From Treponemataceae bacterium (GTDB taxonomy: Bacteria; Spirochaetota; Spirochaetia; Treponematales; Treponemataceae): a stretch of DNA of 64,000 bases. The notes beneath the pieces were generated by a model. The model had not been told where the DNA came from. It did not search any database and saw only the letters and a list, made by a program, of their open reading frames with translations. Below are positions 48,732 through 56,274 of this stretch, one piece after another. Both the position numbers and the translations under genes were made by a program. Every line of letters begins with the position of its first letter. Position 1 is the first letter of the stretch. The stretch is from contig JAZQNK010000068.1 of NCBI GenBank assembly GCA_045627325.1, positions 5,562 through 69,561 of the forward strand, written 5' to 3'.

Positions 48732-49713
48732 TCTGTGTACTTAATGCGGTTCGTGTTCTTTTAACAAGATTGCCTTCTGAACCGTTTAAAATTTTACAAA
48801 GACCACCAAAATAAGCTAACGATAAAGATAAAATTCCGTTTCCGGTCGGGCGAATACTTGCAAGGCACTGGCTTAAAGCAGACAACGCAGAAAGCTTCAG
48901 TGCCTTTTCAATGCCAGTAAATAAAGCGCCGTTTGTAATGTTCCAGCCAGCCAAAGAATAAAGAATTTTTCCCTGCGGCATCATCAAAGTTGAAATAATA
49001 ACAAAAAGCCATATAGAAATATGCGGCAAAATTTTAATTTTTCGCTTTGATAAAATTTGAGCAATAAAAGATAATGCTAAAGCGCAAAGCAGCACATAAA
49101 GATTTTTTATAATCATTATAACTACAGAAGCAATTAAAATTGCCAAAATCATGCAGACAGTTTTTATTTTCCGCTTTTTTTCATTTTCACCGCTTGTTTC
49201 AACGTTATTCTGCTTTATTAATTCAGGAACATCTTCCGGTATATGAAGAATCTGACTAAGACAGGCAGTAACAATTCCACTGAACAAACTGAATAAAATC
49301 ATCGGCCCTAGCAGCGCATTAGTTCCTTCACCAAGATAAAGACTGCTAAGCAAAATTTGAATTACTGCGCTGCAGGCAGAACCAAGCATAGAAATGCCAT
49401 AAACGCTAATCAATTTGCCGTGGAACAGTTTAACAATTCCATACATAAACAAGCCGCTTACCACAGACTGAACAAAAGAAATCAAAAAGAACGGAGAAAA
49501 TAAAGTTCCAGACATCAAGCAGCTGGCAACAGCTTTTATTGCAGTAAGAAGGATAAAACTTAACGGATCAAGTGAAAAAGACAAAAGGATTGCTACATTT
49601 CCAAGGCCAAGCCTGAAAAACGGCAGAAACCGCGGCAGCAGAAATTCAGCATATGAAAACAGCAGCGTAAGCGCAGACAGATAGGCAATACGTTTTTTAT
49701 TCTGAGACAGCAT
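48718..49713 (-). CDS. Gx transporter family (Hpre_diP_synt_I-like) membrane protein with an extra C-terminal membrane region
   Basis: FLPFFRLGLGNVAILLSF motif typical of this family. About 330 aa and polytopic. Start at 49713 (GGAG 6 nt upstream) overlaps the upstream gene by 17 nt. The ORF track extends to 49734. Confidence 0.65.
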   Translation of the reverse strand: MLSQNKKRIAYLSALTLLFSYAEFLLPRFLPFFRLGLGNVAILLSFSLDPLSFILLTAIKAVASCLMSGTLFSPFFLISFVQSVVSGLFMYGIVKLFHGKLISVYGISMLGSACSAVIQILLSSLYLGEGTNALLGPMILFSLFSGIVTACLSQILHIPEDVPELIKQNNVETSGENEKKRKIKTVCMILAILIASVVIMIIKNLYVLLCALALSFIAQILSKRKIKILPHISIWLFVIISTLMMPQGKILYSLAGWNITNGALFTGIEKALKLSALSALSQCLASIRPTGNGILSLSLAYFGGLCKILNGSEGNLVKRTRTALSTQTIYE

Positions 49714-50050
49714 CAAAATCTCCATAATTTGCAATGGTAATAATAACTTTATTTGGAAGGCAGATTAAAGGACTTGTCCAGCCTTGTTCAACACACGTTT
49801 TATTCGGACATGGAGAATCAATTATATGCACCCTGCCGTCTTCTATTTGAAAAGTTGTAATTCCAATGGCACCTTCTACTTTGTAAATGCCGTTTTTCAT
49901 TTGAAATTCATATTCATTGCCATTTGCAAGAACCCTTACAGTGCTTCCTTTTTTTGTAAGTGAATTTTTTGTAAGGAAAATGCCTGCAGCAAGAATTGCC
50001 GCAAATATAAAAATGTCTAGAATTTTAAAACCTGGATTAAACTTTTTCAA
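49697..50050 (-). CDS. NusG domain II-containing (DUF1312) membrane-anchored protein
   Basis: N-terminal TM, then IEDGRVHIIDSPCPNKTCVEQGWTSPLICLPNKVIITI, the family hallmark. Confidence 0.8.
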   Translation of the reverse strand: MKKFNPGFKILDIFIFAAILAAGIFLTKNSLTKKGSTVRVLANGNEYEFQMKNGIYKVEGAIGITTFQIEDGRVHIIDSPCPNKTCVEQGWTSPLICLPNKVIITIANYGDFDAVSE

Positions 50051-50214
50051 TTAAACAAACCTCTCGCTTAATTTCATTCACTGGACAGATGTTTTTAAGT
50101 GCCTGCACAGAATTCCGCCAAAAGAAAATTGCAGCGACGTGCGCACAGAGCCATGTTTTGGATTATATATCATTTTTGTTTTATAATCAGAGTATTCTTA
50201 TATATACAGAATTT

Positions 50215-51459
50215 TTAGATTTCTTCAACCACATCATCTAATTCATAGATTACTTCAAGATAAGACCGCAGTTCAAACATAATATCAACCAACGTTGGAT
50301 CAAAATGACTGCCCCTTGATTCTTTTAAGATTTTAAAAGCCTCATCAATAGAAAAAGCCTTTTTATACGGTCTTTTGCTGCATAATGCATCAAAAACATC
50401 TGCAATTGCCATAATTCTTGCAGAAATCGGGATTTCTTCACCTTTCAGCTGTTCAGGATAACCAGTTCCGTCCCATTTTTCATGATGATAAAGACAGACA
50501 TCAGAAGCAATGTTTACAAATTTGTCATCTTCAACATTCTTCAGCGTGCGTTTTATGATGCGTTCGCTTTCAACAGGATGTTTTTTTATTATTTCATATT
50601 CTTCATCCGTTAATTTTCCGGGTTTTGAAAGAATATAATCCGGCACGTTCATTTTTCCAATGTCATGCAGAGGAGCCGCAAGTATAACATAATGCAAATC
50701 TGAAGGCGAAATGATGTCTGTGTAAATTTTATTCTGAATCATGTAAGTAACCATGTGCGACACAATTGCACTTGTGCGTTTTACATGTTCGCCTGTCGTA
50801 CCGTCGCGCAGTTCAATCAAATCTGCAAAACTGTATAAAACTCTTGTCTGCATGTCGCGCCTTTTTATGTTATGCGCAATAAGCGACTTTTTAAATCTAT
50901 ACGTCTGCATCGAAGAAATGCACAACAGGGTTGTCATTGCACCAAATTCAAGCAGCAGTGCAGAACCAGAAGAAATTAAATAAAACTTTTTTGTTACGCC
51001 AAGAGAGAAAAATTCAATCGTTTCGTCACTTATCAAAAACCAGGCAGTAAATGCACTTATAAAACTGATAATGCATGCCCAAAACGAAAACTTCGGGTCA
51101 AAATAAAGAAAAGTAATAAGCGGCATTACAGAATAAGAAACTGTAATTTTCAAATTTGGATCTAAAGAAAGTGAAAAAACAATGCTTTGAATTGTAATCG
51201 CTGCAAAATATTTAAAATACTGCGATTTTGGCTTTTTTTTGTAATAAAACTTCAACGCAAAAAGCAAAATTAAAGACAGCAAAAGAGAAGCCAAAGCTTT
51301 TAACGGAGAATAATTATAAAGTCCCAGCAAACAGCCGCATAAAATAAGGGCAGGAACCAGACAGGTTACGGAATATACTCTTACAACAAGCATATTCATT
51401 TTTTCTGTATGGCTATCCAAAAAAAGTTTTTCTATTGCATCAACTTCAGCATTTGACAT
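50215..51459 (-). CDS. Membrane-bound HD-GYP domain c-di-GMP phosphodiesterase
   Basis: About 6 N-terminal TM helices. LHDIGKMNVP (HD). HHEKWDGTGYPEQL (GYP). Confidence 0.85.
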   Translation of the reverse strand: MSNAEVDAIEKLFLDSHTEKMNMLVVRVYSVTCLVPALILCGCLLGLYNYSPLKALASLLLSLILLFALKFYYKKKPKSQYFKYFAAITIQSIVFSLSLDPNLKITVSYSVMPLITFLYFDPKFSFWACIISFISAFTAWFLISDETIEFFSLGVTKKFYLISSGSALLLEFGAMTTLLCISSMQTYRFKKSLIAHNIKRRDMQTRVLYSFADLIELRDGTTGEHVKRTSAIVSHMVTYMIQNKIYTDIISPSDLHYVILAAPLHDIGKMNVPDYILSKPGKLTDEEYEIIKKHPVESERIIKRTLKNVEDDKFVNIASDVCLYHHEKWDGTGYPEQLKGEEIPISARIMAIADVFDALCSKRPYKKAFSIDEAFKILKESRGSHFDPTLVDIMFELRSYLEVIYELDDVVEEI

Positions 51460-51605
51460 AGCAACTCTTTATAGCAACATGAACTACAGTACAATTACAT
51501 AAGTTATATAAGTTTTTTTGCATAAAACGAACAAAAAAGTTTATATACATAAACAAATAATATTATTATACACCAGATTTTCTTTTAAAATTGTAAAACT
51601 TCAGC

Positions 51606-51651
51606 AAAATTGCCGATAACTTTGCAAAATTGCAATTTTATCGGCAATTTT
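51606..51651. promoter_or_regulatory. 14-bp perfect inverted repeat in the HD-GYP / PilZ divergent intergenic region
   Basis: AAAATTGCCGATAA (51606-51619) / TTATCGGCAATTTT (51638-51651). The spacer contains a TTGCAA-AA-TTGCAA tandem palindrome. A TTGACA hexamer follows at 51656-51661. Confidence 0.6.
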
Positions 51652-51690
51652 CGTGTTGACATTAATCAAAAAAAAAGACAGTCTAATTAC

Positions 51691-52065
51691 GTGAATTTGA
51701 AAGAAAAAAGGAACGATGGGCGTTACAAAGACTATGCAAGAATCGACGCACCAGAGCTGTGCGTTTTGCCAGGCATGCTGCTTGATATAAGCAAAACAGG
51801 TTGCCGTGTAAAGTTTCCAGTTCCTGTAGAAATTAACGAAGAAAATGAATGTGAACTCAATATTCAGCCTTCATGCAGGCAAGGGTTAAAACCATTTTCT
51901 CTTACAGTCAGACCAGTCTGGACAGAAGAAGCAGAAGACAACAATGAAGCGGGTTTTTCAATCATAGGCGCTTCAGACACACGCCGCCTCTCAAGCTATC
52001 TTAATGTCCTTCACCAGGCCTCCCTCGATTCTGACGAACTCCTCTTAAAAGAACTATGCCTGTAA
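51691..52065 (+). CDS. PilZ domain protein (c-di-GMP receptor)
   Basis: RxxxR motif (KRNDGR) and DxSxxG motif (DISKTG) with canonical spacing. Start uncertain: GTG at 51691, TTG at 51697, or the track's TTG at 51610, which lies inside the inverted repeat. The 3' end overlaps the next gene by 10 nt. Confidence 0.65.
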   Translation: MNLKEKRNDGRYKDYARIDAPELCVLPGMLLDISKTGCRVKFPVPVEINEENECELNIQPSCRQGLKPFSLTVRPVWTEEAEDNNEAGFSIIGASDTRRLSSYLNVLHQASLDSDELLLKELCL

Positions 52066-53030
52066 CCAAGCCGCTGCAAGGCTGTGCATTTCTTGCATTT
52101 GAAGAAAAATGTTCATGGCTCATTGAAGAACTCTGCGAGTGCTTTGGCGCAGACAACAGCGATTTAGTGCCTTACGGTGATTTGATTTACTGGAAAAATG
52201 CACCGTCAAAAGACATTCATCCTTACTGGTGCAGTACAATTTATTTTGAACCTTTTACAGTTTCTTTTAATTCCGTTTCAGAAGCAGCAGCTTCATTAAA
52301 GCAGATTCAGCGTAACTGGGCACCTTATCAATTTACACTTTTCAGACGTGCCGCACTAATTCAAGAAAAACTTCCATATATAAACCTTAAACCACGGACA
52401 TTTCCATACAGCGTGCCGCAGACTCCAATGGGCGCATGGACTCTTATAAATGAACACGAAATAATTGCCTCTGCACAAACTTCAAGCTTTTTGCCATGCG
52501 GACGCATTCAGTTTGTAGAAGACCATGAAAACCCGCCAAGCAGAGCTTATCTGAAAATTCAAGAATCTCTGGTGCATTTTCAGACTTTTTTTGGCGATTT
52601 TCCACAGAAAGGCCATCATTGCTTTGAAGCAGGCGCATGCCCCGGAGGCTGGACATACGTGCTTGTTCAACTTGGCTGTTCAGTTTTTGCCGTTGACAGA
52701 AGTCCGCTTGTTGACAAGCTTATGGCAGATCCAAAAGTAAAATTTCTTGCCCACGACGCTTTTACACTGAAATGCGAAGACATTGAACCTGTTGACTGGG
52801 TTTTATCGGACGTTATCTGCTATCCGGAGCGGCTTTTGGAATGGGTCAAAATGTGGACTTCAAGGCCGAAAGTTCCAAACATGATCTGTACCATAAAAAT
52901 GCAGGGTGAAACGAACTGGAACATAATCCGTGCATTCAATGAAATTCCAGACAGCAAAGTAATTCACCTTAATTATAATAAGCACGAACTTACATGGCTG
53001 CACAAAGGCAATAAACAAAAACAGCCTTAA
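52056..53030 (+). CDS. rlmM: RlmM-like 23S rRNA 2'-O-ribose (cytidine) methyltransferase
   Basis: FtsJ-type SAM site CFEAGACPGGWTYVLVQLGCSVFAVD and VLSDVICYPERLL...ICTIKMQ parallel E. coli RlmM. THUMP-like N-terminal half. Confidence 0.7.
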   Translation: MPVTKPLQGCAFLAFEEKCSWLIEELCECFGADNSDLVPYGDLIYWKNAPSKDIHPYWCSTIYFEPFTVSFNSVSEAAASLKQIQRNWAPYQFTLFRRAALIQEKLPYINLKPRTFPYSVPQTPMGAWTLINEHEIIASAQTSSFLPCGRIQFVEDHENPPSRAYLKIQESLVHFQTFFGDFPQKGHHCFEAGACPGGWTYVLVQLGCSVFAVDRSPLVDKLMADPKVKFLAHDAFTLKCEDIEPVDWVLSDVICYPERLLEWVKMWTSRPKVPNMICTIKMQGETNWNIIRAFNEIPDSKVIHLNYNKHELTWLHKGNKQKQP

Positions 53031-53163
53031 AAGACTGTAAAACTGCTTTTTTCAACCTTAATTTTTTTGAAAGCTTCATTTTCTCCTTAAAGATTTTAGA
53101 TATTTTTTTTACCGGTTATTAAAAAATATGGTATAATAGAAAGCATAAATTAAGGGGTTCTTT

Positions 53164-53625
53164 ATGAATGTTAAAATTATCAATCCATTTTTGTCAGCCG
53201 GACTGTCAGTATTTGAAACGATGTTCAACCTTGGTTCAACAAACAAAGAACCTTTCCTGCTGGATGTCAGCATGGGCCATCAATGGGAAATTTCAGGTTT
53301 ACTGGGCATAACAGGAGACTGCAACGGAATTGTTGCATTTAGGCTTGGACGAACTCTTGCATATAAAATGCTTGAGCTTTCCGGCATGGGCGATATAAAA
53401 GACGAAGAAAAAGAAGAAATGGCAAAACAACTGGTTGCCGAATTCACAAACGTTGTTTCCGGAAATGCAATTTCTGAACTTTCTGCCATGAATTTGACGG
53501 TTTCGCCGCCAGTAACAATTTCCGGCAGAAACCATTCGATTTCGTGGCCGAAAAATTATCCTGTAATCGCCATTCCATTTGTTACAAAATACGGTGCTTA
53601 CGAAGTAGACGTCTGCTTCAAATAA
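53164..53625 (+). CDS. cheX: CheY-P phosphatase CheX
   Basis: 153 aa. MNVKIINPFLSAGLSVFETMF N-terminus and overall CheC/CheX-like pattern. GGGG SD upstream. Confidence 0.8.
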   Translation: MNVKIINPFLSAGLSVFETMFNLGSTNKEPFLLDVSMGHQWEISGLLGITGDCNGIVAFRLGRTLAYKMLELSGMGDIKDEEKEEMAKQLVAEFTNVVSGNAISELSAMNLTVSPPVTISGRNHSISWPKNYPVIAIPFVTKYGAYEVDVCFK

Positions 53626-53639
53626 GCAATTCAACCAAA

Positions 53640-53668
53640 AGCTACCCAAATGCCGGGTAGCTTTTTTT
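53640..53668 (+). terminator. cheX intrinsic terminator
   Basis: AGCTACCC (53640-53647) / GGGTAGCT (53655-53662), followed by TTTTTTT. Confidence 0.8.
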
Positions 53669-53771
53669 ACAGATGAACAGAATTTTATACGCGTACATAA
53701 AAAGGTCAGATTTTACTGTTAATGGAGCTGGGGAAATTACAACGATATTATTATAAATATCATTCGATGAT

Positions 53772-53809
53772 AAAAAAGAGATTGCCCTAAAATGAACAAT
53801 CTCTTTTTT
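53772..53809. terminator. Bidirectional terminator hairpin at the distal end of the small-ORF unit
   Basis: AAGAGATTG (53776-53784) / CAATCTCTT (53797-53805), flanked by A6 and T6 runs. Confidence 0.65.
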
Positions 53810-53913
53810 ATTAATGCGGAATGAATAATACTTGTTTACAAAAGTATTATTCCCGAATGCAATTTATTAAGAATAACAAAATTTCTGCCCTGTGGCAGGT
53901 TTGTTGGTCTTAA

Positions 53914-54003
53914 TCACAAAAAAATAAAAGGAAGCCCACAAGTGATAATGCCGCAATTTTCAACATGAAAAATCTCAAAAATAAAGTTAATAGCATATAA
54001 CAT
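53914..54003 (-). CDS. Candidate small ORF 2 (29 aa, MLYAINFIFEIFHVENCGIITCGLPFIFL)
   Basis: ATG at 54003 is preceded by TGCACAGGAGGTTTTTT (AGGAGG 6 nt upstream). TGA stop at 53914-53916. A CTGCC/GGCAG hairpin follows. No homology recognised. Confidence 0.3.
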   Translation of the reverse strand: MLYAINFIFEIFHVENCGIITCGLPFIFL

Positions 54004-54020
54004 AAAAAACCTCCTGTGCA

Positions 54021-54089
54021 TTAGCAATGAAATATTGATCTCAGCAAAGTTACCCAAAAACTATCATAGTTATCAATAAAAATTTTCAT
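54021..54089 (-). CDS. Candidate small ORF 1 (22 aa, MKIFIDNYDSFWVTLLRSIFHC)
   Basis: ATG at 54089 is preceded by TGCACAGGAGGTTTATT (AGGAGG 6 nt upstream). TAA stop at 54021-54023, immediately followed by the second SD block. A perfect TATAAT lies at 54158-54153 (minus strand). Confidence 0.3.
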   Translation of the reverse strand: MKIFIDNYDSFWVTLLRSIFHC

Positions 54090-54308
54090 AATAAACCTCC
54101 TGTGCAGCTGCAGTTTTTTTTGCTTTCGCTCTGCAACTCACTTTATGGTTTTATTATAGAAATGTGGTGTTGCCAAATGTAGGACAGACTTTTTGAAAGA
54201 AAAAAATGTCTGCATAAATAACATCTTCCAATATATATCAAGAAGTTTTTAAGTTATAGACTGAAAAACTTCTTATTTTTATAAAGTTTTTCAGTTATTA
54301 TCTCAAAT

Positions 54309-55252
54309 ATGAAAGAAGAAACAGAACTTTACAGAACAGTATTTATTGAAAATCTTAAAAAATTCAAAGATAAAAATATCATAAAAATTCTTTGCGGTGT
54401 TCGCAGATGTGGAAAATCAACAATACTTAGAACTTATAAAAGAGAACTTCTCTCTCTTAGGGTAAATCCGCAAAACATAATTGAACGGCTTTATTCTTCA
54501 ATGGAATTTAAAGAAGGTTTTGATGCAGAAGCCATGCACAAAGATTTACTTTCTGCCATAGAATCCTGTAATAAAACACAAAAAATATATTTACTGCTGG
54601 ATGAAGTTCAGAAAGTTCAAACTTGAAAAAATGCATTAATTCACTTTTTGAAAATCAGAATATAGACATTTATGTTACTGGTTCCAATTCAAAACTACTT
54701 TCTTCTGAGATTTCAACTTATCTTACTGGTCGGTTTGTTTTAATTCCTGTTTATACACTCTCTTTTACTGAGTTCATTGAATTTAAAAAAACATTTGTTT
54801 CAACTTTGCAAAATGAATCAGACGAAGCTTATTTTGATTTGTATTTAAAATCCGGAGGCTTCCCTTTTATTGCAAAAACAAATCATACTCAGAAAAAATA
54901 TTATCTTCCGGACATAAGTTTCAAATATAACCAGTTAGGTTATTCTCCAAAAACAGTTGCTTCTGTACTTGAAAATCTTGTTTATCTTGAACTTCGCCGC
55001 CGTGGTTATTCAATTTATATTGGAAAATATGCTGAAAAAGAAATTGATTTTGTTGCAGTAAAACAGGATGAAAAGCTGTATGTTCAGGTCTGCCGAACTT
55101 TGCCGGAAAATTCAGACCGCGAACTGGCAAACTTAAAAGCAATAAAAGATAACTATCCGAAATATGTCGTAACAATGGATTCTTCTGTTTGCGGCAACGA
55201 AAACGGAATAAAAATTGTTCATATAAAAGATTTTTTGCAGAACAAAAACTGA
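54309..55252 (+). pseudogene. Decayed AAA-ATPase (COG1373-type, AAA_14 + DUF4143) gene: frameshifted and internally shortened
   Basis: Walker A GVRRCGKST and Walker B LLLDEVQ lie in frame 1, which ends at the TGA at 54624. The expected continuation ...KKCINSLFENQNIDIYVTGSNSKLL...PVYTLSFTEF is in the -1 frame starting at 54623. The shift sits at a short A-run (54619-54621). The GGFP...KKYY spacing is much shorter than in intact family members as I recall them. Confidence 0.7.
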
Positions 55253-55380
55253 TGGGAATTTAAAACAATGACGAACCTCGACGCAGAGCGTCGGGGTATT
55301 GAACCCGTCGGCGCGAATAAAAATTCTATGGTTTTTATACATTCAGCATGGTTCTGCATTACGGCAAAACTTACATAGCT

Positions 55381-56154
55381 TCAAAAAAAAGCAAGAACAT
55401 AAGAATAGGCAACTTTTATGAATAATGCAATCAATACGATGATTACAATCGGGCGGGCAATATTTGTGCCGTTTTTAACAAAAGTTTTTGCGCCAAGAAA
55501 ATGACCGGCAATACTGAAAATACTGGCAATAAGGCCGAGAAGCCAGATTACTTTGCCGTTTATAATAAAAACTGCAAGAGCAGTTACATTCGAAGTTAGA
55601 TTTACAATTTTTGTTGTTCCTGCAGCTTCATTTAGGCCCAGGCGGGCAAGCCCTGCAAGCAAAAGAAGCATAAAAGTTCCTGTTCCTGGTCCATAAAAAC
55701 CGTCGTACATTCCTACAAAAAATGCACTTATTAAACAGAGAACAAGTGTCTTGCATTCCGAAAAGCGTTCTTTGTTTGTTTCAAATCTTTTATTTTTTAA
55801 AACATAAAGGGAAACTAATGGAAGAAGACAAATCATAAGAATACTGAAAAATTTTTCGGGAATTAAAAGTGCAAGATTTGAACCGATTACGGCGCCAATC
55901 ATTGTTACGATTACGCAAAAAACAGATGTTTTCCAATTAACAAATCCGTCACGAATGTATTCGATTGTAGAAACTGCCGTTCCCATTGCCGAGCTTAGTT
56001 TATTTGTTGCAATTGCATTATGCGCAGGCAAGCCGATAAACAAATAAGCCGGAAGTGTAATTAAACCTCCGCCGCCTGCTATTGCATCAATAAATCCTGC
56101 GATAAAAACTACCGGACAAATAATCAGAAAATGCACAAAACTCAAAGTTTCCAT
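55381..56154 (-). CDS. TauE/SafE family sulfite/anion exporter
   Basis: 257 aa and polytopic. GFIDAIAGGGGLITLPAYL and the internally duplicated 4-TM pattern are typical of DUF81/TauE. Confidence 0.85.
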   Translation of the reverse strand: METLSFVHFLIICPVVFIAGFIDAIAGGGGLITLPAYLFIGLPAHNAIATNKLSSAMGTAVSTIEYIRDGFVNWKTSVFCVIVTMIGAVIGSNLALLIPEKFFSILMICLLPLVSLYVLKNKRFETNKERFSECKTLVLCLISAFFVGMYDGFYGPGTGTFMLLLLAGLARLGLNEAAGTTKIVNLTSNVTALAVFIINGKVIWLLGLIASIFSIAGHFLGAKTFVKNGTNIARPIVIIVLIALFIKVAYSYVLAFF

Positions 56155-56274
56155 ATCCTGCTGATTATATCAAAAACGACGGAGTATGTTAAATGAAGGA
56201 ATTATCTATCAGGGCTTCAGGTTCTAAAACCTTTCAAAAATGCACGTAATTGATGAAATTACTTATGCATCTTT

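Noticed and set aside
51610-51690. TTG start at 51610, giving a 151-aa PilZ ORF.
   Set aside because: This start lies inside the 14-bp inverted repeat and upstream of a TTGACA hexamer. The PilZ motifs begin after 51700, so GTG at 51691 or TTG at 51697 is more plausible. The start remains uncertain.
55262-55330. A locally GC-rich snippet (GACGAACCTCGACGCAGAGCGTCGGGGTATTGAACCCGTCGGCGCG) resembling a tRNA T-arm or att-site fragment.
   Set aside because: Only 3-bp (GGG/CCC) and 6-bp (CGACGC/GCGTCG) stems can be drawn. There is no acceptor stem, no anticodon arm and no GTTCRANYC loop, so it cannot be supported as a tRNA remnant. It may simply be debris of the decayed island.
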